Positions 22,267 through 34,373 of a stretch of DNA of 64,000 nt are shown here, in pieces. The position numbers were made by a program, and so were the translations under genes. The notes under the pieces are model-generated. The model saw nothing but the letters and a program-made list of their open reading frames with translations, made no database searches and was not told where the DNA came from. The DNA comes from Selaginella moellendorffii. Its lineage: Eukaryota; Plantae; Lycopodiophyta. Numbering within the stretch: the first letter of the stretch is position 1; every line of letters starts with the position of its first letter. Location: positions 3,007,668 through 3,071,667 of the forward strand of contig NW_003314270.1 in assembly GCF_000143415.4 (NCBI RefSeq), read 5' to 3'.

Positions 22267-24044
22267 TATAAGTGACTAATTTTTCCATTCTACTTTAGTC
22301 ATTTAACCACACCTTCAACCACTTGGAGGAGTCTCATTCACAACCTCCATAAATCTTATTCAGAACTTGAGGCTTGTTAGCCTTGAAAATGGCATCCATG
22401 CCACTCAACCTTTGCACTTGGTCCAAGTGCTCCATGTGTCTGATCCCATGATCAACACCCCAAGATACCACTGACATATCAGCCCATTACGCTAAGGCCA
22501 TGCCCATTCACCTTGGTCACACCAGTGGTCTGACATCATTTACATCACAATCCCGTTTCTCACAGATTGTGCCATCCATCCATGAGTGATCATCCCAGAT
22601 CCACTCCTTAGCACCTTTAGGATGCCTATAGACATGGGGTACAGCCTTCCCCAATATTTCTGTTATAGTCCCCACCAAGTCCCTCTTCTGTCCATGGCCG
22701 TGTTCACCAACACTACCACTAGGACAAAGCCCACAAACCTGACCACTAAGTCCCATTGTCCTTTAGGATTTCCTTACCACATGACTATATCCTTAGTCAC
22801 TATGCCAGAGGACTACTCCTTTTTCCACAGTCTGAGACTTTGGGACAACATTTCGGAACACTGTGGCCTTATGCGAGCTTTGTGAGTACTCTCCCTGCCT
22901 TCCACCTTTGGGTGCTCTAGGAGCATTGACCATTTGATCTCCCAGGGGAACTAGAGCCGGCTTTTGAACACTTCACCAAGCTACCCCACTTGTCAGTCTG
23001 TATTCACTCTAGCCTTGGACTTCTTAGTGGTTATCTCATCACCCAACACCTGGGTACAGCCTTCCTAGGCCAAACTAGCTCTACTGGGGCTAAATTTGCT
23101 CTACTGGGGTCCAACCCCCACACTTTCCCTACTATACTTTTGGAATCCTTTGTAGCCCCTCGACACCTTGTTTTGCATGTGTTGTGCAAATTTCACTTTC
23201 CCATTCTAAGAAGTTCTTTATTTGAGGGCACTATCATCTTTTTTTATATTTCGTGCCACTCTAGACACTAAGTTCCATTCTTACATAATTTGCACTAGGG
23301 TTATCCATAGCCTTATCATTTGGTTACCTTGTTGCCCCCTCCTTTGGAACTTTCACCTTTGCCAAATTAGAACATTTAAAAATCCATCTTTGGAAGCACA
23401 TTTTCTTTCCCACAATCCATTAGCATCCAACACATTAATGTTCCTTAGCTAACTTTGCCATTTGGATTCCTTCCAATGAATCTTATGGCCCAAACTTGGC
23501 CACTAGTCTTTAGCTTCTATTCGTTGATTGTTGCACCAAGTAACAAAGGATTACTACCTCCATCCTTAAGGCATTCGTTCCGTTCCATGACAAAGGCTCC
23601 ACTTTATCAAGTTTAGAGGGTGCTCACCCCTAATAAGTCTTTTTAGCATTCTCTGTTATAGGCTTTATCCATAGCCCAACTTTCTGACCCTTCCATGGGT
23701 CTTTCTTAAAGATTACTTCCTTGGACTCATTATGCCATTGCATTGACACAACTCATTTTCTTTATATGTTCTTCCCACTTGGTCACCTTGACCAAGCCAC
23801 ACTATCATCAATAGTTCAAATCAACACTTTGAACTAGGAACTTTATTCCTAAACCTTATAAGGACATTGTCCTTGTTTTAGCCATAAGATCACCTAGTGA
23901 TTTCACTTGAACCTCATAAGGACTTTATCCTTGTTTTAGCCATAAGATCACCTAGTGATTTCACCACCCCACACTTGGTGGTGCACCCAAGCTAACCCTT
24001 CCGGCTAAAGGTCTATAGCAACTAAGACTGAGTGTCCCCATTTC

Positions 24045-24718
24045 TGTAGCGCACCTTATCTCTCTCCCCTTAAGTTAACTGGAAAAGGGGCAATTGTTTG
24101 ATGAGAGAGCCCTTAGTGGCTATTTTATCCTCATTTATCCCCCAAGGTTCCAAGGATCCACTGTGACAATATATCCAAATTTCATCCCATGATCACATGC
24201 GCTACACTCACCCCCCCTTCAGAGATGTCAATGTCTTCATTGACTATTGACTAGCAACCCCTACTGAGCCAAGGGGAACCAGCACCTCCATTTCCACACT
24301 CAATCTACCAATCTTTCCATTGTGTAGACTAGCTATTCCATGTGAGGCAATTAGTCATCCACCCGTACCGCAGTCTCACGGTGGATACCTTCGTCCGTGG
24401 ATACTCCACATAAGAGGAAGGACGTACGTATGGATGCCCAATACGTACGATTTCAAATTTAGGGGTAGGAATATACCTTGTTCAAGGGTATATTATACTT
24501 TTAAATAGCCACTAATCAATGGGAATCGAACCCGTGCCATTTGCTCTGATACCAATTGTAGCGCACTTTATCTCTCTCCTCTTAAGCCAACTGAAAAAGG
24601 GGCAATTGCTTGATGAGAGAGCCCTTAGTGGCTATTTTATCCCCATTTATCCCCTAAGGTTCCAAGGATCCACGGTGATAGTATATCCAAATCTCATCCC
24701 ATGATCACATGCGCTACA
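24045..24718 (-). mobile_element. TRIM (miniature LTR retrotransposon), 674 bp
   Basis: 162-bp LTRs (24045-24206 and 24557-24718) with TGTAGCGCA...TGCGCTACA ends. PBS TGGTATCAGAGC, PPT GAAGGGGGGGTGAG, 5-bp TSD ATTTC. An empty paralogous site exists at about 33791-33810. Confidence 0.93.
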
Positions 24719-27700
24719 ATTTCATTCACCACATTCTTAGTGCCACTTGCACCAAAGTGTTCAAGTTAGATATGTCGAATTTTCATACTAAGCAATTTAA
24801 CTGTGTATCATGACTTTGGGGCATCCCCCACTTGGCGGTGTGCCCAAGCCATTCTCTTTACTAAGAGTCCATAGCCATCGAAAAATAAGTGTCCTCATAT
24901 TCCAAATTATCACCACACTCTAATGAGTTGAGACTCGAACCCAAGCAGTAGAGGGTCGGAACTCAAACCTAACCTCTATATATGCATTTACGGAAGGCAT
25001 CACCCAAGATGCATAGCGTGACTCCTCATGCTAGTGCACCATTTTATACTTAAAGCACACCATAGATCACAGCTTAGAAACCTAATTCCTCCACATTGTT
25101 AAGTCCTTTCACTTGACAAGTCTGTGACTATGCATAGACTCCTCCATGCTTAGCCCCATAAGCCACCCTTTTTTGAATTAGCACCTTCAACTAGGGTATA
25201 TATTCCCCCGACTTGCCAATCTCACCTAACAAGTCATCCAACCACCATAACATAGTTTATGCATAAGTGTGAAAGTCCTTAACCATCAACTTTCGTTCAA
25301 AGCCCTCTCTTTAAACACTCTGGAACTACTTTCTTAACCTTGATAGCTTTACCTCATTGCAAGTTTCAAGATTACGCTTCTGCTGTGCCACTTTGATTTC
25401 ACACATTATATGAATCATTTACCCTTGGCTTTCTAGGTATTTATCTACCTAAAATTGTTTTTAGGAACCTTCAAGGAACTTTGTTCCTTAACTTGCTAAG
25501 ACCTTTCCTTTTTGCAAGCTTTTTAATTACCATATGGTCTAATATGGATAATTCTATATTTTAGACTCTTTATGGCATCACGGTTACTAATAACAACTCG
25601 TTCGAGCCCCCACTTGATTCTCCACTCCCAACTTACATAACCACCCTTGATTGTGCCTTTTGATTCCTATGGTTCGGTTCTATCCCTTTATTATTTATTT
25701 TTTGGCCTCATATGTTTCCTTCTGTTATTTTCCTCTAGACTAGAAGGATATTTTTGCACTTTCTACCATGCCTTAGCAAGTATTCATAGGGATAAACCTA
25801 CCTAATAGCGTAGGGAGTGGTTCTTTAATTTGGGTATACTCACCTTGTAATCTCACACACCGGGATTAACATTGTTATTTATAGGCCTTATATATCTATC
25901 ATTAGCCTTGCCAAAATCCTTTTTTTGGATTTGTCTAATTTAGGTAGACGGATTTTTCCCATTTCCGCAACCTTGGACATTTGAATACCACTTCCTATCC
26001 ATCATTTGTTAGGGATATACTCCCTTGGGCCTTATTTAATGCTCTCATGACACGAAATACCACTTCCTAGTGTTTTAGAATGTTTATGTGTCTCTGTGAT
26101 GGCTTTCTTTGACAATGAGCATTCCCTTTCCGACATTGACTTACTATATTGCAATTAATTTATCCCCTATAAGGGTTATGTCTAACTTCTTTATCCCAAT
26201 AAGGTAGTTACCTTTTACCAGTTTAATCCATAATTTTGCACTTTTTGCTTAGTTGCTTCATAGTTGTCAAGTCTTACAACTCATTGCTAGTGCTTCCACA
26301 CCTCCATCATTATTTGGGTCACCACACTCCAACTGCATGCTTTCCAGTTTAGGCTATGCCATTCCCATTTCCCTTAGTATTCCTTTGGGAAGGGGTTCTC
26401 ATGAACCCGCCAACTTAACCTTAAAGCATCACGCTTTGGCACATTCAGTGTCTCCACATTATTGGCTCTATGAACCTACTTTCATGACACTTTTTACTTG
26501 TGTCTAGGTCTTTGCCAAGATTAATACAGTTGCTTCTCATGCCAACTATTCATTAACACTGCACTATAGAGTTTACACACAACTTTGTGTTAAAGTTGTT
26601 TTCTTTTGAGAATCTCTTTCCCATAACTTTAGCATGGCACATTCTGCCATCAATGAGATACCCACTATTCTCATACTCGGATCTTATGATACTCCCCATC
26701 TTTTGTGGGGCAAAATGCACCTTAGTCCAAATGCTGCTACCAATCCTTTAGGACCATTCATTGACTTTACTTGAGTCATCCAACATTTTAGACTTGCTAA
26801 TTCAATGATCTGTAAAGTTCTATTTTTGAGGTGCCAGTTCACTAGAATACAACTTCTTGTATTCATGTCCTACTCATAAGGTTCATCTTTGCAAGTATTA
26901 CTTCAACACTTGATTATTTTCCGTTCTCTGTAGGCTACCTTTGCCCCTTAGGACTATCTGCCCATATGATAAGAATACCAACTCATCCTTTGAGCACACC
27001 CTCAACTCTTTGGGTTTGTTCCAGCATTTATAAAAGGGTAACCCTGGCTACCATTTCAAGGACTGGTGTCCTCATTTGTATTTAACCTCTCACGGTCATT
27101 AATTCCTGTCTCAAATTCATGAACACCAGCCTTAATTATATGAGGATAATTGTGTGACTCCTTTATTGTTTTGGAGTCTCTATCTTTCCTATGATCCCAA
27201 CTATAATTGTTTACCACAATTACATTAGCCAGTTTGCTAAGTCAAACACTCATCTGGATCACATCCTCAATTCTCTGAGGAAAACTTTATATTGTTCCCA
27301 AGATCCCAAAGTCGTTCCATTATTATCTTTTTTCTATCCACCATCTCACCTATAAGTTCACACATGAACTGTAGTGGAGAGCCATGTCTTCCCGACTTGC
27401 TACTCCTCAAGGATAGACCCACTCCTAGGACCTTTCAATGCCAACATTAGTGGTAATATACTTGAGCACCAATAAAAGTTAGACTAAGGAATAACTTTAA
27501 TACCAAATTGTAAGTGACTAATATTTTTATTCTATTTTAATCACTTAACCATACTTCCAACCACTTAGAGGAGTCTCATTCACAACCTCCATAAGTCCCA
27601 TTTAGGACTTGTGGCTTGTTAGCCCCGAGAATGGCATTTATGCCATTCAACTATTGCACTTGGTCCAAGTGCTCCACGTGTCTGATCCTATGATCAACAC

Positions 27701-28020
27701 CCCAAAGTACCATTGACATATCAACCCGTTACGCTAAAGCCATGCCCATTCACCTTAGTCACACTAATGGTTCAACATCACTTGTGTGAGACATAAAATC
27801 CCTAGGCCCCAAAGTGGAGCCGAAAGGGTGCCATGTGGTAGTGGCCAAAGCGAAAGCCAAATGAGCGTAATACATTTGGACTAAAAGCTCCGACTTGAAA
27901 AGGTCGAGAGTGGGAGTGGAACTCCCAACGAAGTGCTCGAGGAACAAGCACGAAGCGAGCAATAAGTGAGGCTCCAAAAATGGGCCCAAAAGGACCAACA
28001 CATGACACGTGAAAGTGTCT

Positions 28021-28280
28021 GAGATGAACCCAAGTTGGGGTCCAAGAAGGACCCCAAGATGGAGTCCGAGATGGAGTCCGAGGTGGACCCGAGATGGACC
28101 CGAGATGGAGTCTAAGATGGAGTCCGAGACGAACCCGAGATGGACCCGAGATGGAGTCCGAGGTGGAACCGGGACCGAGACTGAGACCGAGACCAAGACC
28201 GAGACCGAGTCCGAGTCTGTGACCGGGACTGAGACGAGTCCGAGTCCGAGTCTGAGTTCGAGCTCGAGTCCGAGTCCGAA
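28021..28280 (+). repeat. LTR-internal minisatellite of 11/12-mers (GAGATGGACCC, GAGATGGAGTCC) followed by hexamers (GAGACC, GAGTCC)
   Basis: The same array, with different copy number, is at about 31545-32013, 48741-48968 and, inverted, 50760-51030. Confidence 0.9.
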
Positions 28281-31200
28281 TACTAATATGGGCAGTTGGG
28301 TGAAAGCCCAAAGCGATCATCCTCCAGGGGGGGGGGGGGGGGGGGGAGGGCTGCGGGGGGTTCCAAAAGTATAGTAGGGAGAGTGTGGGGGTTCGAGCTT
28401 AGTGGAGCCAGTTTGGCCAGGAAAGGCTAGTTTGGTCCAGGAAAGGCTAGTTTGGCCCAGGAAGACCATACCCAGTGTTGGGTGATGAACTGACCACTGG
28501 GAAGTCCAAGACTAGAGTGAATATGGACCGACAAGCAGGGTAGCTTGGTGAAGTGTTCAAGAGCCGGCTTTAGTTCCCCCGGGAGATCGAATGGTCGATG
28601 CTCCCAGTCCAAGTGTGGGTGGCACTACCTACTTGGATACAAGGCGTGGCTCAACGGAACCTCGCTCTAAGCCCATGGCTAGAGCACCCAAAGGCGGAAG
28701 GCAGGAAGAGTACCCATGAGGCCCGCGTAGGGCCACGGTGTTCCGAAATGGTGTCCCAAAGTCCCAGACTGTGGAAAGGAAGAGGAGTAGCCCTTTAGTG
28801 TGGTGACCATAGACACAATCACATGGTGAGGAAGTCCCAGAGGACCATGGGACTTAGTGGTCAGGCCTATGGGCCTTGCCCCAGTGGCAGTGTTGGTGAA
28901 CACGGCCATGGACAGAAAGGGACTTGGTGGGGACTGGAAAAAAGTTGTCGGGGAAGGCTATTCCCCATGTCTGCGGGCAACATAAGGATGCTAAGGAGTA
29001 GATCTGGGATGATCACTCATGGACGGATGGTCTAGCCTTTGAGAAACGGGATTGTGATGCATGTGGCATTAGTCCACTGGTGTGACCAAGGTGAATGGGC
29101 ATAGCTTTAGCGTAACGGGCCGATATGTTGGTGGTACCTTGGGGTGTCAGTCATGGGATCGGACACGTGGAGCACTTGGACCAAGTGCAAAGGTTGAGTG
29201 GCATGGATGCCATTCTCGGGGCTAGCAAGCCCCAAGTCCTAACTGGGACTTATGGAGGTTGTGAATGAGACTCCTCCAAGTGGTCGGGGGTGTGGTTAAG
29301 TGACTAAGGTAAAATGGAAAAATTAGTCGCTTACAACTTGGTATCAGAGCTATTCCTTAATCCGACTCTTATTGGTGCTCAAGTATATCACCACTAGTGT
29401 TGGCATCTTGAGGAGTAGCAGGTCAGGAAGACATGGCTCTCCATTACAGTTCATGAGTGAACTTGTAGACAAGGTGGTGGATAGAAAAGGGCCAATAATG
29501 GAACGACTTTGGGATCTTGGGAACAGTGCAAAGTTTTCCTCATTGAGTTGAGGATGTGATCCAAATGAATGTTTGACTCAGTAAACTGGCTAATGTAGTT
29601 GTGGTAAACAACTATAATTGGAATCATGGGGAAGATAGAGACTCCAGAACAATAAAGGAGTCACAAGATTATCCTCACATAGTTGAGGCTGGTGCTCATG
29701 AAGGTGAGACCGGAATGGATGACTGTGAGAGGTCAAGTATGGATGAGGACACGAGTCCTTGAAATGGTAGCTGGGGCTACCTTTAATAAATGCTAGAACA
29801 AACCCAAGGAGTTGGGGGTGTACTTAGAGGATGAGTTGGTATTCTCATCACGTGGACAAGTGGTCATAAGGGGTAAAAGGTTGCCCCTAAAGAACAAATC
29901 AAGTGTCGGAGTAACACTTGCAAAGATGGTCCTTGTGAGTAAGACATGAATACAAGGAGTTGTATTCCAGTGAGCTAGCACCTCAAAAGTAGGACCTCAT
30001 GGGTCGTCGGATTAGCAAAGTCCAAAAAGTTGAATGACTCTAATAGAGTCAATGAATAATCCTAAGGGATTGATGGAAGCATTGGATTGAGGTGTGTGGT
30101 GCCCCATGAAGGATGGGGAGGATCTTGAGATCCAAGCATGAGAACAATGTGTATCTCATTGATGGCAGAAGGTGCCATGCTAAAGTCGTGGGAAAGAGTT
30201 TCCCGAAAGAAAACAACTTTGACACAAAGTTGTGCATAAACTCTATGGTGCAATGCTAATGGATAATTGGCATAAGAGACAACCATATTAATCTTGGCAA
30301 AAAGACATAGACACAAGTAAGAAATGTCATAAAGGTAGGCTCATAGAGCTGATGGTGTGGAAACACTGAAGGTGCCAAGGCATGCTGCCTTGAGGTCAAG
30401 TTGGTGGGTTCATGAGAACCCCGTCCAAAGGAATCCCAATGGAAATAGGAATGGCATAGCCTAAGCTAGAAGGCATGCGATTAAAGTGTGGTGACCCAGA
30501 TAATGATGGAAGTGTGGAAGCACCAGCAATGAGTTGTAGGACTTGACAACTATGAGGCAACTAAGCAAAAGGTGCAAAATAATTCGTTAAACTGGTAGAA
30601 GGCAACTACCTAAGACTCCTTATTGGGATAAGGAAGTTACATATACCCTTATGGGGGATAAGTTGCTTATGTTGCGATATAGTAAGTTAATGTCGAAAGG
30701 GGAATGCTCATTGTCAGAGAGGCCATCATTGGGACACCCAAACACTCTAGAACACCAGAAGGTGGTGTTTGGTGTCATGAGGGCAATGGATAATGCCCAA
30801 GGGACAAAGTCCCTAACGAATGATGGATAGGAGGTGCTATCCAAACGTCCAAGGTTGCAGTGACGGGAGAAGTCCATCTACCCAAATCGGATAAAGCCAA
30901 AGACGGGATTTTGGCGGGGCTAGTGATGGGCATATGAAGGCCCATAAGTAGCAACAGTAATCCCAGTATGTGGGATTACAAGGTGAGCAAACCCAGATTG
31001 AGGAACCATTCCCTAGGCTGTCGAGTAGGTTCATCCTTATGAATACTTGCCAAGGCATGGTAGAAAGTGCAAAGCTATCTTCCTAGTTTGGAGGAGAATG
31101 ACCGAAGGAAATGTATGAGGCCAAAAGGCAAGTAGTAAAGGGATAGAACCGAACCATAGGAATTGACAGGCATGACCAAGGGTGGTTATGCAAGTTGGGA

Positions 31201-31315
31201 GTGGAGAATCAAGTGGGCGCTCAAGCATGTTGTTACTAGTGACCGAAATGCCATGGACAGTCAAAAACATGGGAGTGTCCATATGGCAATTGGAAAGCTT
31301 GCGAAAGGAAAGGCC

Positions 31316-33010
31316 TGTGAGACACAAAATCCCTAGGCCCCAAAGTGGAGCCGAAAGGGTGCCACGTGGTAGTGGCCGAAGCAAAAGCCAAACGAGCATA
31401 ACATGTTTGGACCAAAAGCTCCGACTTGGAAAGGTCAAGAGCAGGAGTGGATCTCCCAACAAAGTGCCTGAGGAACGAGCATGAAGCGAGCAATAAGCGA
31501 AGCTCCAAAAAGGGACCCAAAAGGACAAACACATGACACGTGGGAGAGTCCGAGATGGAGTCCAAGATGGGACCCGATATGGAGTTCGAGATGGAGTCCG
31601 AGATGGGACCCGAGATGGAGTTCGAGATGGGACCCGAGATGGAGTCCGAGGTGGATCCGAGTTGGAGTCCAAGGTGGACCCGAGATGGACCCGAGATGGA
31701 GTCCGATATGGAGTCCGAGATGGAGTTTGAGATGGGACCCGAGATGGAATCCGAGATGGAGTCTGAGGTGGACCCGAGATGGAGTCCGAGATGGACCCGA
31801 GATGGACCCAAGATGGAGTCCGAGATGGACCCCAGATGGAGTCGGAGATGGAGTCCCAGATGGAGTCCGAGATGGAGTCCAAGATGAACCCGAGATGGAG
31901 CCCAAAGTCGAGACCGGGACCGAGATCGAGACCGAGATCGGGACAGAGACCGAGACCGAGGCCAAGACCGAGTTCGAGTCCGAGTCCGAGTCCGAGTTCG
32001 AGTCCGACTCCGAGAGGGTGAAAGCCCAAAGCGTTCGTCTCCCAGACCCTAGGGGGGTTTGGTGAGCTCCAAAAGTATAGTAGGGGGAGGACTGCAGTGG
32101 AGCCAGTTTGGCCAGGAAAGGCCAGTTTGGCCCAGGAAGGCTGGACCTAATGTTGGGTGATGAGCTGCCCACTGGGAAGTCCAAGACTAGAGTGAACACG
32201 GACTGACAAGTGGGGTAACTTGGTGAAGTGTTCAAGAGCCGGCTCTAGTTCCCTCGGGAGATCGACTGGCTGATGCTCCCAGTCCAAGTGTGGGTGGCAC
32301 TACCTACTTGGATACCTGGTGTGGCTCAACGGAACCTCGCTCTAAGCCCATGGCTAGAGCACCCAAGGGCAGAAGGCGAGGAGAGTACCCACGAGGCCCG
32401 CGTAGGGCCACGGTGTTCCGAAATGTTGCCCCAAAGTCCCAGACTGTGGAAAAGAAAAGGAGTAACCCTCTGGTGTGGTGACCAAGGACACAGTCACACA
32501 GTGAGGAAGTCCCAGAGGACAGTTGGACTGAGTGGTCGGGCCTGTGGGCCTTGATCCAGTGGCAATGTTGGCGAACACGGCCACGGATAGAAAGGGACTT
32601 AGTGGGGACTGGAAAAGAGATATTGGGGAAGGCTATTCCCCATGTCTGTGAGCATCCTAAGGATGTGGAGGAGTGGATCTAGGATGATCACTCATGGACG
32701 GATGGCCCAGTCTTTGAGAGATGGGACTGTGATGTAGGTGGTGTTAGACCACCTGTGTGACCAAGGTGAATGGGCATAGCCTTAGCGTAACGGGCCGATA
32801 TGTCGGTGGTACCTTGGGGTGTCGGTCATGGGATCGGACATGTGGAGCACTTGGACCAAGTGCTAAGGTTGAGTGGCATGGATGCCATTCTTAGGGCTAT
32901 TAAGCCCCAAGTCCCGAATTGGACTTTCGGAGGTTGTGAAAGAGACTCCTCCAAGTGGTCGGAGATGTGATTAAATGACTAAAGTAGAATGGAAAAATTA
33001 ATCGCTTACA
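31316..33010 (+). mobile_element. Solo LTR of family X (X3)
   Basis: TGTGAG...CTTACA flanked by TSD AGGCC. The uninterrupted paralogous site is visible, reverse-complemented, at about 25490-25520. Confidence 0.92.
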
Positions 33011-34373
33011 AGGCCTTAGCAAGCTAAAGGGACAGAGTTCCTTCGAAAGGTTCCCAATGATAATTCTAGGTAGTTGGATACTTAGAAAGCCAAGTGTAAA
33101 TGGTTCATAGAATGTGCGAAATCAGAGTGGCGTAGCAGAAGCGTGGTTTTGAAGCTTGCCATGAGGTGAGGCTATCAAGGTTGGGGAAATAGTTCCCAAG
33201 TGCTCAAAGAGAGGGCTTTGAACGAAAGTCGATGGTTAAACACTTTCACGCTTATGCATGAACTATGTTACAGTGGCTGGATGACTTGCTAAGTGAGATT
33301 GGCAAGTTGGGGGAGAACAAATACCCTAGTTGAAGGTGCTAACTTCAAAAGGGGTGGCCCATAGGGCCAAACATGGAGGAGTCCATGCATGATCATAGAC
33401 ATGTCAAGTGAGAGGACTTGGCAGTGTGGAGGAATTAGGTTCCTAAGCTGTGATTTGTAGCGCGCTTTAAATATAAGTTGGTGCACTGGCGTGGGGAGTC
33501 ACGCCAGGCATCTTGTGTGATGCCGTCCGTAAATGCATATACGGAGGTTGGGTTTGAGTCCTGACCCTTTAGTGCTTGGGTTCGAGTCCGAAATCACTAG
33601 GGCGTGGTGATGGTTTGGAATATGAGGATACTCATATTTTGGTGGTCATGGACTCTCAGTGGGGAGACTGATTTGGGCACACCGCCAAGCAAGGGATGCC
33701 TCAGAGTCGTGATGCACAGTTAGATTGCTTAGTGTGAAAGCTCAACATATCTAATTTGAACACTTTGGTGCAAGGGGGCACCAAGGACGAGGTGAATGAG
33801 ATGGGGACACCCAGTCTTAGTTGCTATGGACCCTTGGCTAGAAGGGTTGGCTTGGGCGCACCGCCAAGCGTGGGGGATGCCCCCGGGGTCATAGTCAACA
33901 ACTTAAAGGTTGAGGAGACCTAGTACCTATTAAGCTCTATTTCGTTAAAGTGGGAATTGTCATTATCCCACTTGTAAAATAAGGTTTCCAAACCTTTATA
34001 TAGTATATAAATATAACAAAATTCAACTGCATTGAGGCACATGCCATTTTATTTTAAACAAGGAAATGTCTACTCAATCACTTCTCCTCCCCCTGCCACT
34101 GCTTCACCTCTCTCTTCTCCTTGTCATCGTTATCCAATTTCTTTCCATCCTTTTAATATTGGCTCAGTTGCTTCGAGTCTAGGTGGAGCCCAAGTCCCCA
34201 TTCAATCTTTACTTTCCCCTTATTAATAAAACAACTTCGTAGACTTCCAATAACATGCTGTAACACTTCTAGTATAATGCAAATCCTCTCAAAGAATTGT
34301 CTTTTAATATTAATACAATGGCATGGAACCCCATGCCATAATAAGTTACATTTTTAAATAAATACATGCCATC

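Noticed and set aside
28021-28280. Repeat arrays as possible CRISPR
   Set aside because: The units are contiguous with no unique spacers, there are no cas genes, and the context is a eukaryotic LTR. The 22-bp palindromes are irregularly spaced and are not CRISPR either.
29336-31315. gag-pol in the family X internal region
   Set aside because: Only faint, unverifiable remnants are present and all frames are heavily interrupted in both copies.
27759-32235. Long ORFs such as 31037-32029, 31435-32235, 27802-28320, and also 48349-49149
   Set aside because: They are translations of the stop-poor LTR minisatellite, open in several frames on both strands.
27785-33010. LTRs at 27785 and 31316 as the two ends of one 5.2-kb element
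   Set aside because: The flanks do not match (ACTTG versus AGGCC). The second LTR has its own TSD and the first pairs with 48507-50003.
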